Positions 33,408-45,720 of a stretch of 64,000 nucleotides of DNA are shown here, piece after piece; within the stretch, counting starts at the first letter, position 1; every line of letters starts with the position of its first letter. Location of the stretch: positions 640,001-704,000 of the forward strand of contig CP000068.1 of NCBI GenBank assembly GCA_000002445.1, given 5' to 3'. The notes under the pieces were generated by a model. It was given only the letters and a program-made list of their open reading frames with translations, did not search any database and was not told where the DNA came from. The position numbers and the translations under genes were made by a program. Source of the DNA: Trypanosoma brucei. Lineage: Eukaryota.

Positions 33408-34981
33408 TTTGAATAAACAAAGAGAGCAGACGAATATATCTGCACCTTCCCACCCCTTGGTCTCTCTCCTGTTGTCTCCCTTTGCCTGATTCCCCTCCCA
33501 GTCATACGGAACAAAGGGACAAAGAACAATACATTGCCAACCGAGAAAATAGACAAAAATGCAAGGCCAACATAAAACGAATGGGGAACAAACGGCAACC
33601 GCTGCTGCCACAAACATCGTCAGCAAGGAAGGATGAAACATCAGGGCTCCGTTCACAACATCTGCTATTTGATGCAAATTATTTATCCACAGTCGCTTTA
33701 TTATCATTATTATTGTTATTTAGTCATAGGTATTTACAACAAACCACTTTGCTGCCGGTGCGATTCCCCGCTACCTTCCTCACCACCGTCCCACTCGGTG
33801 CGCCTTTCCCCCTTTTCCACCCCGCGGCCCGTTCGATGGCGGTTATACATGTAGTTCAAACAAACAAAGACAAGCGAAGCTACTCCTTTTGTCCGCCACA
33901 GCAAAGCAAGCCATTTGGCGATCAAACAAGAGTCAGATGCAAGAAGGTGGACCCCACTGACCGTCACTAATCCCCGTCACTTCCAACCACACGAAAAAAA
34001 GCGTCAGGGGAGGGCACGCAACATCACCAAATTTACGTTTACTTCGCGTGTTAGTGGACGTCACGCAGCACCGAAAATAACGAAGAGAATGAGAGCAGAA
34101 CGGCAGCATGCTCCTATGGGATCAGCCACCGCACACACAACGCAATAGACCCCGTCAAGTGCACTCTTTCTAAACTTCCTTCCTGTGGTGTAGTGTTGCT
34201 AATTATAGCGTCGCTGCCATGGCCCTTTTGTGCTTCATGACTCATTTACACAACAACCAAACCCCCCATTTCCCCGTTCATCGCGCTCCATGACGGTGGC
34301 ACTCCTTGTATGCCAAACAAAACAAAGCCATCGGAAGCAACCCCTCTTGCGTCTGCCCTCCCCCTCCACTGTCGCGGGCGCTACCAATATTTGAATGCGG
34401 GCACGGGAATCGGCACCTGGAATACACACAAAACCCCAGGGAAATCACAGGGCTAATGCGGTTTTCGGAAAACAAAGAAAAGCAGCACTCCGCAAGACAT
34501 ACGGGCACTGCGGTTCGCGGTTCTCTGAAAACCACGAGGGGTAACAAAGCAACAGATCAACCCCCTCCCCTCACCAATGACGCGTCACCTCATTACCGTT
34601 CCGACACAGCGACAAGAAAACGTATGCCGCCACTTTACCCGGATGCCCAACCATCGTCGAGACCCTGAGTGTCTTCCTATCCCATGTCCACGGTTCCCCC
34701 TAGTGATCTGTAGACCAAAAGAGACCGACCATTGGGCGGCAACACGGCACCCCAGCAGCCCTCAAATATTTTTGGTAAATCATGGTTACAGGGAAGCGCC
34801 ACCGGTAGCTCAGATCCTTGGGGGTTAGCTCGTCAAGGTACTCTTTTAGACTGTTGATATCAACGCCGTCTTGCAGTAGAGCGTTGTTGGTGCGTCTCTT
34901 TCCGCATCAGACAAAGATTTTGAATTACGACTTCGCACCCCAGCACGAAGAACGCGATTCAAGTCAAGAGAAAAGAAGGCA

Positions 34982-37516
34982 TCAAGACTCACCAGGCAAG
35001 AACAATGGCGAGTCGGATTCTTCCCCTTTCAATTTACCACCTCTTTTCCGTGGTTTCTGCAGCACCACCGCCGAGGGAACGAGGTCGTCAATAGGGCCTT
35101 CCACGATCAACGACAAAGAATTCATATGCACAAGGAGTTCGTGCCAGCCCGGGTACCGTGAGAAAAGCTGCACATTGCCCATTATAATTAGCCCACGCTT
35201 CGCCCGGGTTAGCGAAACATTAAGCCTCCTCCCGTCCGTCACAAACCCCGCACCCTGACGGTGATTGCTCCGAACGCACGACAAAATTATGAATTCCTTT
35301 TCTCTTCCCTGAAACGCATCAACAGACGAAATTTCGACGCGATCATACACTTCCATAGGAAGACGACCACTACGTGAAAGATAGCTTCTCAAATATCGAC
35401 ATTGTGACCTATACGGAGTTATGACACCGATATCCCCGGGTTCCACTCCCCCCTGTATAAGCTTCGTTACAATCTGCTCAGTCAATGCAGCCTCCGCTCG
35501 ATTCAGATATGATCTTCCGTTTGACCCAAGTTCCTCATTCCCGGTTGCATTGTAGAAAAAAATGGGCTTCGTTACGTCCGGCCAGGGGAAGACTTCCGAC
35601 GCATCGCGTTGCTCAGCGGTAACGCCATTCTGAAGGGTCCCCTCATAATAATGATGAGAGGGGAAGAAAGAGAGAGAAGGATTCATCCGGTATTGCACGT
35701 CCAACCGCACTGGTCGGTGTCCCATCAACACTAGTCGTTCAAACAAACTTCGTTGGTATCCAGCTTTCTCTGCTGCGGTAGAGAAAACCAACGGACGTAA
35801 TTGACAGTGGTCCCCAACCAAAATAACTTGCTTCGCCCCTCGGACCAATGGAATCAACACTTCCGGCTCAGTTCCTTGGGTTGCCTCGTCTATAAGGACA
35901 TGTTTGAACTTCATAGTTTTCAATCTATAGTCGCCCGCTCCAATGCATGTGCAGCATACGACGTCTGCATTCCGAAGGATTAACCGCTCAATTTTCTCCA
36001 CACCATCTTTGTAAGTGCCGTAGTCTTTGTCATTTAAACTCTTACCTGTTTGCATCGAGTCCAGAAGTTCTTTCAATCTCTCGAGACCTGAACTCGCGTT
36101 AATGTAATCTCCTACCTGTCTTTCAAGCCCAATACTTTCCACAGAGCAAGGAATGTCGTTGCGGTACTTAGCTTGCAATCGAACAACTTTTAATCCAGTT
36201 CCACTAACTCTTTGTGCTAGGTGGTCGACTGCAACATTACTTGGAGCGCAAACCAAAATCCTCGACTTTACGTGACTGTGCAACTCCCGAATAATTGCCA
36301 CACTTGTTGACGTTTTCCCTGTGCCGGGCGGTCCTTGAATAAGGGTCAATGGATTTCTGAGGGCCACTCTCAAGGCCTGTTCTTGGGAATAATTCAAATT
36401 GTGGTGCCCCCTCGGCTCAGGTTCGGTATCAAACCCAGAATTCCTGTGCGCAGCACGTTCCTTCTGCCCAAGAATGGTGAAGTACAAATAAGCGGAGACC
36501 GAGCCTTCAGACCGTGCAAACTGCTGCAGTGCTTCCATCTTCCGTTTATCAGCAACCCCGTTGTACTCTGGAGAAATAGTTACAGTGGTTGCAGCAAGAA
36601 TCTCATTCACAGCCTTCTTATCCACCGAACGTGCTGTGGTATCAGTTACGAAAACAGCGTGTTCGTTGTCGACTGAAGTTGCACTAACTTCAGTGATAGT
36701 GCCAGATAGACTGCTTTCACTTCCCTTAACGCGGATTGATACGTTATCACCGCGATTTACACCTACGTCGAAGAGGGGGAACGGTTTCAACACGAAAAAA
36801 TGCCTACCGCCGATCTTCTTCTGTTGTGTGCACTGGATACCCTCAAAAGAAGTATCCTTTGAATCTCTTGCCCCTTGGGAATCAAGAGCAATTAAACTCG
36901 AAAATACTTCCACGTATTTCGTTCCACTCTCAAAATATAATGGAACCTCTGGGACACTCTCAACAGGATCAACAAATTCTTTGACCTTCTGTTCCCAACT
37001 CATTTCAAGTGCCTTAATGTCATGCAACGTCAGTGGTCGGCGCAGGGTACTGGGAATACTGCAAATCCATGGAAGCAACCTCCGCTCTTCTATCAGGGGT
37101 AGCCAAGTAGAAGAGTCCCAGTTTAGGTCACGTAGCGTCTTCGAATGAAGACACGGTTCGCGACAGACAAGTACAACGACAGCTTCCTCCTTTGAAGGCA
37201 TAAATCCCAAGGAAAAAATATTCGAAGATCGACATATGTAGCACTCTAAAGTGGAATCACCAAGCGAATTCTCTGCGTGCAGTTTCAGTGAATTATGCCC
37301 ACTTTTTACGAGGTGAAGAATAATGTGAGAACCGCTGGTACCATTTGACCCATTACAAAACCATTTTGAGCATCCATTGCAAAAGGCTAAGCAGGTCGGG
37401 CTCTCTTCGCTACAGTACGAGCAGCTGGGTTTCTTGTTCGTCTCCCCACTTGCAACCGGTGTGGTAGCAACACCGAGCGCTCGTTCATCACTAGCATGCT
37501 CACTGAACATAAACAA
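34982..37516 (-). CDS. UPF1: UPF1 / regulator of nonsense transcripts 1, superfamily-1 RNA helicase (844 aa)
   Basis: N-terminal Cys/His-rich CH domain (CSYCSEESPTCLAFCNGCSKWFCN...HIILHLVKSGH...CYICRSSN). Walker A LIQGPPGTGKTSTSVAII. Motif II HVLIDEATQGTEPEVLIPL. VILVGDHCQLRPLV. QYRMNPSLSFFPSHHYYEG. Confidence 0.9.
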   Translation of the reverse strand: MFMFSEHASDERALGVATTPVASGETNKKPSCSYCSEESPTCLAFCNGCSKWFCNGSNGTSGSHIILHLVKSGHNSLKLHAENSLGDSTLECYICRSSNIFSLGFMPSKEEAVVVLVCREPCLHSKTLRDLNWDSSTWLPLIEERRLLPWICSIPSTLRRPLTLHDIKALEMSWEQKVKEFVDPVESVPEVPLYFESGTKYVEVFSSLIALDSQGARDSKDTSFEGIQCTQQKKIGGRHFFVLKPFPLFDVGVNRGDNVSIRVKGSESSLSGTITEVSATSVDNEHAVFVTDTTARSVDKKAVNEILAATTVTISPEYNGVADKRKMEALQQFARSEGSVSAYLYFTILGQKERAAHRNSGFDTEPEPRGHHNLNYSQEQALRVALRNPLTLIQGPPGTGKTSTSVAIIRELHSHVKSRILVCAPSNVAVDHLAQRVSGTGLKVVRLQAKYRNDIPCSVESIGLERQVGDYINASSGLERLKELLDSMQTGKSLNDKDYGTYKDGVEKIERLILRNADVVCCTCIGAGDYRLKTMKFKHVLIDEATQGTEPEVLIPLVRGAKQVILVGDHCQLRPLVFSTAAEKAGYQRSLFERLVLMGHRPVRLDVQYRMNPSLSFFPSHHYYEGTLQNGVTAEQRDASEVFPWPDVTKPIFFYNATGNEELGSNGRSYLNRAEAALTEQIVTKLIQGGVEPGDIGVITPYRSQCRYLRSYLSRSGRLPMEVYDRVEISSVDAFQGREKEFIILSCVRSNHRQGAGFVTDGRRLNVSLTRAKRGLIIMGNVQLFSRYPGWHELLVHMNSLSLIVEGPIDDLVPSAVVLQKPRKRGGKLKGEESDSPLFLPGES

Positions 37517-38504
37517 CTTTTCAGAAACACGGATTCAGCTTGGACTCAGAACGCTAACCAAAATAATTTTGATAAGGAAAGGACAAAAAATAATGAGAGT
37601 TTGACGTAACAACTCATTTTTTTTTTTGGAGGGGTGCGTATCATGGATGGAACAGTATTAACAAAAAAGGGAGTCGCAAAGCTTCAAAAAAAAAAAATGA
37701 GTGCATGTTCGAAAAGAGGATAGTAAAAAGAACAGTGATCACACGAGTTCAAACCTACATCGTGCACGCACATCTCTCCGGGATCCGTCATGATGTATTT
37801 ACTTGAAGTATCTAGTGAACTTCTGTAAAGATGGACAGGGACAAACCACAGACTTATGATATAGTATCGATTCCTCTAAACAAACATACGGCCGGTCGCC
37901 TTACGTGAGAGACCGCCACATGATCGCTGTGTAGTCCGTCTCAAAAAGGTAAAAACAGTTTGGTGCGCCAAGTGACACTAACAGTGATGATGATGCTATG
38001 GGTTTACAGACGCATTCGAACATGATTCTGTATGTTAACCAGCTGTAGTTGAAATGCCTCTCTACCGAAAGAAACCGACTGAAGTGTGAGAAAACGGACG
38101 AGGAGTTTCAAAATAAAAACTGATTTTCTGGATACCACTTAAACGGTGATAGCACGTTCATCAATAAATACGCTACACTTCAACACAAATATGTTCGCAG
38201 GTGAAGAGACCACTTTTCACATCCTGATAAGGCGAAATAATCAGAGGCGACGTAAAACATAAGTAAAACCAATGACAACAACAACTTCTCAGGAACAGCA
38301 CTGTATCTGGAAAAAAAAACCGATTATGGCACCACCTCGATGGGATAGGGCGCACCAAGTATGTTCCCTTGCGTTCATTTTATTAAATTGTAGACAGTTA
38401 CCACATGATTCGCGTAGTTTTATAAGAATTACAAAAGTAATAATAATTTTACCCTACCTGTTATGTGCTAGAATGAGAGACATAAAACAGCTCACCGTAC
38501 ATTA

Positions 38505-40100
38505 CTACCTGGCCGCGAGGCGGTACTCGTCCTCGAGTTGCCTCAGGAGAGTTGGGAAACTCTCCTTCTCGTAGTCGTCAGGACAACCTCCGCTCACCCA
38601 CCGAATAACACCCTCGTGGTCTACAAGTATCACATGGGGCGAAAGGTAATTGCGTAGGCCCACCGATTTGTAAAACGGTACAAGCAACTTACTTCCAACA
38701 AACGTGGACGACGAGGTTATGAATCCATTGAGAAGGGACCTATCGTCAGAGCTTTCAGCACCTGTCGCCGTGGGAAACAAGGATCCTGCAAACCGCCGCA
38801 CATAAAGTTTGTGCACCCATCGATACTTGTAGACATCCATGCTCCGAAGTGAAAGCACACTAATTGGCATGTTACGGTCAACGGGGCATGCTAAGGTTTC
38901 ATTTCGGCAACGTCTCAACCCCCTTCCATGTTGGGCCTCTTCTGAGTTTACATGTCCCTCACCTTTTGCATTTTCTTTCGGAAGATAAGAGAGAAGTTTG
39001 GGGTTCAACACCGAATATGCAAGACGCCGCCACTCCAAATCGGCCTGTGCGCCTAGTTTCTGACCCAATTGTGAATAAATAACTACAGCAGGTCGCCGAA
39101 ACATCACCCTAGAGATCTCAGTAAGTTGTTGAGTGTCCGTTTCATCAAAAGAACGATTCAAATATAGCTTGCCAAGTGATTCCTCTGTAAGTTCAGCAGT
39201 GTTGTTGAAAAACGTCTTTTGCTTCATCAAGATACACAGCCTCTTCTCTGCCTCTTCATTGAGGGAACAGTATTGACTTACCCTTGCCGCTTTTAGGGTT
39301 GGAAAGAAGGGTACTGTATCGAACCCCAAAGATTCACACACAGTGCGGACCTTCTTTTGGCTAAGGGCAGCAGGGCCCCTCATAAGTTTACTGTTCTGGA
39401 TTATCTTCAACTCATTAAGGGCATGTTCGTTAAAGTAACGTAGCATCCGCTCCAGCTCATTGTCAACCGCGTATTCAATACCATACCTAAAATACTTGAG
39501 GACGAGGAAAACATCCCTTGACAGTATCGGTTTGTCTAGATCCATACCAACATCGCGGAAAACAAGCATCTTCTTTCTTTCACCTAGAACTTTTTGCTCC
39601 GCAGCACGGTTGTGGCGTCGTGCTACTTGTGACGTGGCTGACGGTCGACTTAAGCCAGCCGTTTCCAGATCCGTGAGCTTGCGCAGAAATTTATTTCCCA
39701 TGTGGTTTCTATCCAAACTATAGCTAACACGGGAGGTAGCCTTTGCAGTACCATTAACACCAAACGCCGTGGAACTCTCCTTCCTCGACATAACCCTCTT
39801 GTCCGCGCCTTGGTGGTGGCTGTACTGGACCCTCGCATCGTAGCTTTCCCTGGTAGCAGCATCCTTGTCTCCGCGTTGGATCCCCAAAGTTGCAGAAGCG
39901 TTTGCAGTATCATCACCTGCAGTAATTCTTATGTCCCTCGTGCCACTGGTTGTGTTAGAACGTGAGCGTGTACTGCACAATCGTTTCGGTGTCACAAAAC
40001 ATTGAATTACACACCGACCGAGATCTGACCGCCTGCAACACAAATCCGCCTGGATGTGTACGTTTGCATTCATCAGCGCACGCCTCTCCAGCATGTTCAC
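38505..40100 (-). CDS. Hypothetical protein (531 aa)
   Basis: Long ORF in cluster orientation. It is the last gene of the leftward cluster, i.e. nearest the strand-switch region. No recognised domain. Confidence 0.5.
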   Translation of the reverse strand: MNMLERRALMNANVHIQADLCCRRSDLGRCVIQCFVTPKRLCSTRSRSNTTSGTRDIRITAGDDTANASATLGIQRGDKDAATRESYDARVQYSHHQGADKRVMSRKESSTAFGVNGTAKATSRVSYSLDRNHMGNKFLRKLTDLETAGLSRPSATSQVARRHNRAAEQKVLGERKKMLVFRDVGMDLDKPILSRDVFLVLKYFRYGIEYAVDNELERMLRYFNEHALNELKIIQNSKLMRGPAALSQKKVRTVCESLGFDTVPFFPTLKAARVSQYCSLNEEAEKRLCILMKQKTFFNNTAELTEESLGKLYLNRSFDETDTQQLTEISRVMFRRPAVVIYSQLGQKLGAQADLEWRRLAYSVLNPKLLSYLPKENAKGEGHVNSEEAQHGRGLRRCRNETLACPVDRNMPISVLSLRSMDVYKYRWVHKLYVRRFAGSLFPTATGAESSDDRSLLNGFITSSSTFVGSKLLVPFYKSVGLRNYLSPHVILVDHEGVIRWVSGGCPDDYEKESFPTLLRQLEDEYRLAAR

Positions 40101-42939
40101 TTTCTCTATATGTGTTTGTTTGTGTGTTTGAGGATGACAAGTGGTAGTGTTTTCAATGCGTGACCATGTTAACGAATTACAGTTAAAGTGCTATCAACGA
40201 GGGCACTTCCAGCGATGTAACACGCACATCTTCTACGATAGATTGCTAAAAGGATTTTATTTTTAAGGGCACGACAATGATCATATAAAACGAGAAACAG
40301 CATGCTCTTTCAGATGATACTGACAGAATAAGTGGAGAGGAGTACCAAAAAAGTCACAGAAAGAGCGCTGACCAGCAAAGGATGACGAAAAAAATCAATA
40401 CAAACGACTAAGTACCGGAGAGATTCACAAATACACACGCAAAACGCGCTTTGTATCACTTATACGCTTTCATGCGTGCTTTGCTCGTGAGGTCCAGAAA
40501 TAAAGCAAAAATTATACGCGGTGACATCACTCAATAGGAAACAATCTGAAACGGCTGCTAATAGTGTTCACGACAGCGATAGCGAAGCAATGGCGTAACA
40601 ACCTTCACAAAGAGCGGTTGGGATCATTTAAAAATGCGCACAGACACACCAAATCATGGTGGTGAGGACCAGTGTAAAACCACCCACTCTGGTAATCACA
40701 CCAAGGAAATTTAGTTCCATGGGTAAAATACAATAACAGAACCATCACACCCCTCACGGTCACACTTCAAGGGGGTTACGTGGAGGAAACCATACTAGAA
40801 ACCGTGGTATGCGCAGAATGATGCTAATGAACAGTAGAACCAAAAAAAAAGTAGCACTCATGACCCGCCTCGAGGGTACACACCTTCTCGAAAACTCACG
40901 TGCCACGTTAGAATGACAGTGCAACTACCCACGGGGGCAGAACGGCAAACATAAATAAGTACAAGGAGTTCTATCGCAAAAAATTCCGAAATAACCCCTA
41001 ATGCACTATTTGACAAAAATAAACAATGATGCAGTAATTACAAAAAAAAACAGCAACACTCCCCATACACACTAGCTTAAGGAGCATTCGATTATAAACA
41101 CAGCGGTACAGTGGTCAAAAGGAACAAAAAGTGAAATACTACTTAGGGTCCGTTATAAGGAATAGTGGAAACGCACCGATATTTTAACCAATATACCAGA
41201 ACAAAAAACTTCAAAATAAAGAAAAAATACATCCAACAAACGCTTGGCACACCAAATGGAGAAATTGGAGATCGCAAGCAACCCTCTCATGCTTTTCTAA
41301 ATACGGCTAATCAATCAAAAAAGCAAACACCCCATAGTCCGTTTCTGGTCCCCTTACGTCTTGCAGAAGGAAATTATGAAGATCATCAAAATATTTACGA
41401 GGGTTGTCGGAAACCCCACGGTAATGACATCTTTAGGCACCAAAAACTCCTGGGAGCAGCACGCACTTGCCCCAAGAAATAACGAAAACGCAAAAAACAC
41501 AAAAGATTCTCAGACAACTACTCCCACAATTTTATAAGCCTTAAAACCTGCGATACGGAGAGGAAGGTCCTGGTCCACCCGCTCCCTGTCCCTTGAAAAA
41601 GCTGTTTACGTGACCACTTTCTTTGTACGCTCATATGCATAAGCTAACATTGCCCTTACTAACTCCATTAATCCACAGGCAATCGCCTCAGACCACACGG
41701 CCGCGAAAAGGAAAATGGTCGCAAGAACGGCAAAGCCAATAGGTACGCGGTGTATCTTGGGGGTTCAGCCACCGCGTAACCGCGGCTGATGCCCACATTC
41801 ACTACAGACGTGTGCCCAACCCTCCGAGCAATATGATAAGGAGACTACCTCTAACACGTCAGCCTGTTCGAACGGATCACCTTCAACTTCGCCAGCAACG
41901 AGACACAATGACCCTGGCGGAAAACAGCTGCCTTTTCATTTAAAGGGGTGCATCGGCCATAGCGCAGCACACCACCGCCTGTTCTCCCACTACTGCCCGC
42001 CTACTGAAGGACAGTCGCGTCCCGAGGCCACGCTCAGTCGACGATAATACCTCTGCGAAGAGAGCAAATCCACAGCCGGGCGGAGACCATCACACATCCC
42101 GTGCCCCCAGAGGGGCGGTCCTGCGACCAGCAACATCGAACCTGACCCCTGCACCGACCCCTGTTCCATTTCTCTCTGCCTTTCCACCCACACCCGTACC
42201 TCATGCGCGATACCTCGGTTTCCTAAAGGGGATCGCCCCGACCCCCAGGAACATCCGACTCCAAATGTGGCCCTAGGGCCCGGCACCTCCAGTTTTAGAG
42301 GAAGCGGATCATCGCAACGTTCAGAGGGCGAAAATAAAAAAAAAGTCACCAGCCTCGTCCCCCGGAAGATGTGGCCTTGAGCTCACGCTGAAAAAGACCC
42401 GCTACCTACGATAACTCAGCGCTTTCTTCGAACCCCACTAGCACACACCCGTTTCGCTCGGCAATCCTCACTGCTGATGTATCGAAAAGGAGTGCCTCCT
42501 CCAAAGAAAACACCACCACACCCTACTCTTTAAGACTTCGCCTTCCGGAGACATGATTTTTCCTGGATGGCGGACGCCGATTTGCCCACTGCATCGGCGC
42601 TATGGGGACGCGTGCTGGGGGCCCTAAGGCGGGTGAAAGTTCTGGGGAAACGGAAAGTTTGGCCTTCCGAAAAATGAAAGACGGCGGCGCCGGCACCCCG
42701 GGTTTGCCATAAGAAAACATCGAACCTTTATTTTTCTTTTAACCCCCGCATCATTGAGGGCGTTTCGCCGCACGACACCACCGGGGCGGCGCCGTGTCGG
42801 TGGTGAAATGTTAGTGGGGCGTTTAGCGCGTGCCAAGTGGGGTGAGGTTATCCAATTTGGAAAGGTGCATACCTGGTGGGGTGGGGTTGTCGATAGGCAG
42901 TCCTCGGAGGGTCTCGTTGTCCGCATCAGTCATGGCGTA

Positions 42940-42953
42940 GCATTGTGAGAATT
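42940..42953. repeat. Target-site duplication (left copy) of the L1Tc insertion
   Basis: gcattgtgagaatt directly precedes the T11 run (element A-tail). The identical 14-mer follows the element 5' end at 48214-48227. Confidence 0.75.
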
Positions 42954-43222
42954 TTTTTTTTTGAATTTTCTTCGTGCCTTCGTGAGAGTTTCCCCCCACT
43001 GGCGCGGCCATCAGCCACCACCGTAGAGCCCTGAGATGCTATCGGTCTGGCGACTGTGGCAGAGTCTCCCTTTTTTATTCATCCTAACACACCCTCTATA
43101 ATTTTTGTTGTATTTCCGCATTTGAACGGAATACAGCAGATGGGGCGAGAAGCCTCCCACCCCGGACTCTCCAAAAGATGTCAATTGGCAATCCTTTTTT
43201 TTTGATTTTTGTTATTCGTTTA

Positions 43223-44143
43223 TTATTCTCTCTCCCTCTTTCTGTTTCTGTTGCTTGTTGATTGCATACCTCCTCTGTCTCTGAGGGTGTCTGGACTATT
43301 CCTGCGTCCGGTGCTTTTCCTGCTAGCTCCACATTCGGCAATAAGGGGGAAAGTTGCAGAAGGGAGAGTGGGTTGTATGACTGTTACATTGAATGAGGAC
43401 TTCACCTGCGGCCGGCCCCGTTCAACCGCAATGAGAAACTGCGCCAGCCTTTTGGAGAAGCATATATCCTGCACACACTCACCTTCTACCGCAAACCTGA
43501 CACGTAACTCCTTCAAACCTAGACAGCTCATCGGGTGCAGCGACGTTTCTTCGCAGTCGCCGCGTTGGCTGGTAACAGCGCACTCTACCTTCATACCGTG
43601 CATCTTCTTTTGATGTAGGGTGAGGCCAGTTTTGCTAGCACACTGCCTTCCGCATGTCGTGCACACCAACATGGATGCGTTTGTATGTGAGGAATTAGTG
43701 GCACACAATTTTGTGCTTTTGCTGCATTTAAGCTCGACTCCCTCACCTTTGTGGAAAGCCTTACAGTGTCGGATGAAGGAGTCCCTGCAACTGAGCACTT
43801 TTTGGCACACACCACACCGCACCTCGCCTTTCCCCGGGACGTCAACATTTCCCTCACTGGCACGCTTACGAGGGAATTGCACCACCACCACGGTACCGTC
43901 TTCCGTCACTATGCTCTTATGTTTGAATTTCTGGTGTAGTGACAGGGAAGAGCGTGTACCGAAGCTCGCCTCGCACAGGTCACATTGAAACGGCAGCTTC
44001 CGTGTATCCTGAGGGGCTGGCGCTGCTGGGGCTCTACCATCTCCTTGTACTGAGTCCTCGTTCTCTCGCCCCCTTTTCACGCGGCAACTACCGCTGCCTA
44101 TGCCATGTATTGTTCTAAGGTGGTGTAATAGTCGGCCTGGCAC
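43223..44143 (-). pseudogene. L1Tc C-terminal C2H2 zinc-finger (nucleic-acid chaperone) segment
   Basis: Three C2H2 fingers: FQCDLCEASFGTRSSLSLHQKFKH, VRCGVCQKVLSCRDSFIRHCKAFHKG and LVCTTCGRQCASKTGLTLHQKKMHG. In a different frame from the RNase H segment. Confidence 0.7.
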
Positions 44144-45636
44144 ATTCTAATTTGGAGGCACAGAGGGTACAATGAAGCACCTGCGGTCTCATCAAAACTC
44201 GTGTGCTTCGATGGTAAAGGAACGATCGCCACCACTGGAGGGGGCTCCGGGGGGATGTCCACTGCAGGTGTTGCATCGCCGTATTTGATCCTCCGGATGG
44301 CATCAGCTCGCACAAAGCCATGTTTGTTTACCATATGCGTTACAGCACTCGAGCGGCATTGGTATGTGGCATCATATTCCGTACATTTGGTCGGTTCGGA
44401 GGTTCTCTGAAGAGTGCGTGTCGCAACAGATGGGGTTGTTTGTGTTTGTATTGTTGTTCCTATCACTGCATGTTGCGGATTGCACCATCGGCACTGTGGA
44501 GGCACACTCGGGTTGATCTTTCGCAACATCCATCCATAGTGTCTTGAAGACCCAACCCGAAAGCGTGCCAATACCGTTTCTTCTTCCCTCGTTAGTTCTT
44601 CCTTATGTTTTGTTGGAAAGTGATTGCCCGTGATACCAAACCTATGAGTGTTCTCATGGACTTCTTCCGACCTAAGCACTCGCTTCGCATAAGCAATGAT
44701 GTCGGGGATCCATGTGTCTCGCAACTGTGGTAAATCTGCGGCCTTTTTGGCCATGTCATCACAAACCTCATTCCGTTTCACGCCACAATGGCCAAACACA
44801 AATTGCAGTCGGATACGTATCTTCCTTCTCTGAACTTGAAGCAGAAGCCTCCATAGTCGTCTTAGAATTGGGTCCGTTACGGCTAGGGGGCCTGTCTGCA
44901 GTGCTGTTAACATTGACAGCGAGTCAGAGAAGATGGACAACCTGCTCGGTGTGCTTCTGTGTGCCGGAAGCCATTTCAGCAGCCGTTGCAGTCCTATCTC
45001 TAATGCTACGCATTCCGCTCTGTAACTGCATGAGAGTTCCCCTGCTCCGGTCTTGGGTGCGCAAATCAGCGTGTTGTTTCTATAGAGCAGGGCAGCTGCT
45101 CCGGACTTCTCACCGAGGGACACGGATCCATCAGTCCACAATTCGTAGTGCTCTCGCCGCGGTGGCTCCTTCCCCCTCCGTGCAAAATGCCGTGCAATCC
45201 ACTTTTCGGAAGCTTCCCTTTTGACATCGTCAGGGTCATCAGCGCACACAGGCCTAATCTGCGTGTGAAATATCGGTCGGCAGCTGTGGCGGAGCGTCGA
45301 TGTCTCTAGTTGGTGCTCGCGTGGCTCAATGCGGAGGTGGGGGTAGGACCGCATGATGCGGGAATGTAGGGCTCTGAGTGGATGTTTGCTGTGGTATACT
45401 TCCTCAGCACTGCGCCGCAAACATCCGCCTCGTGACTCACACATCAGCATGAACTTCATGCTGCGCACAAGAGTGGTCGTCTTGAGTGGGAGGAGGTTTG
45501 CTTCCAGCAGAGAGTCCTCTTCGCGCGTCCCATGCGGTATGCAAGCTATGATGCAACTACCCTTGTGTTGTGCTGCTGCAAGGAGGTCGCGACTTCGTTC
45601 CGAAGCGTCCCAGTACCATACCTCAATGCCATACAT
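44098..45636 (-). pseudogene. L1Tc RNase H-containing segment
   Basis: ELWTDGSVSLGEKSGAAALLYR...ELSCSYRAECVALEIGL matches the RNase H fold motif (TDGS...E...AE). Separated from the RT segment by an in-frame stop. Confidence 0.65.
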
Positions 45637-45720
45637 GGTGTGTGCCTGTACGAGTGCTAGATAAAAAGCTCTCAGTACTTGTCGTCTTGGCCCCCATGTA
45701 TAAACTGAGATGGCTGTTAT

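Noticed and set aside
10651-40100. Apparent clustering of RNA-processing genes (CDC5, G-patch, RRM, DBR1, UPF1) as a functional 'operon'
   Set aside because: Trypanosomatid polycistronic units are not functionally organised (established). With ~14 genes and abundant RNA-binding proteins in these genomes, the clustering is most likely coincidental.
42937-43210. Initial placement of the L1Tc 3' end at the first T-run (43192-43203)
   Set aside because: The 14-bp direct repeat matching the 5' flank lies ~240 bp further left, next to a second T-run. The element boundary was therefore moved to 42952. The intervening segment is reported as a finding rather than as flank.
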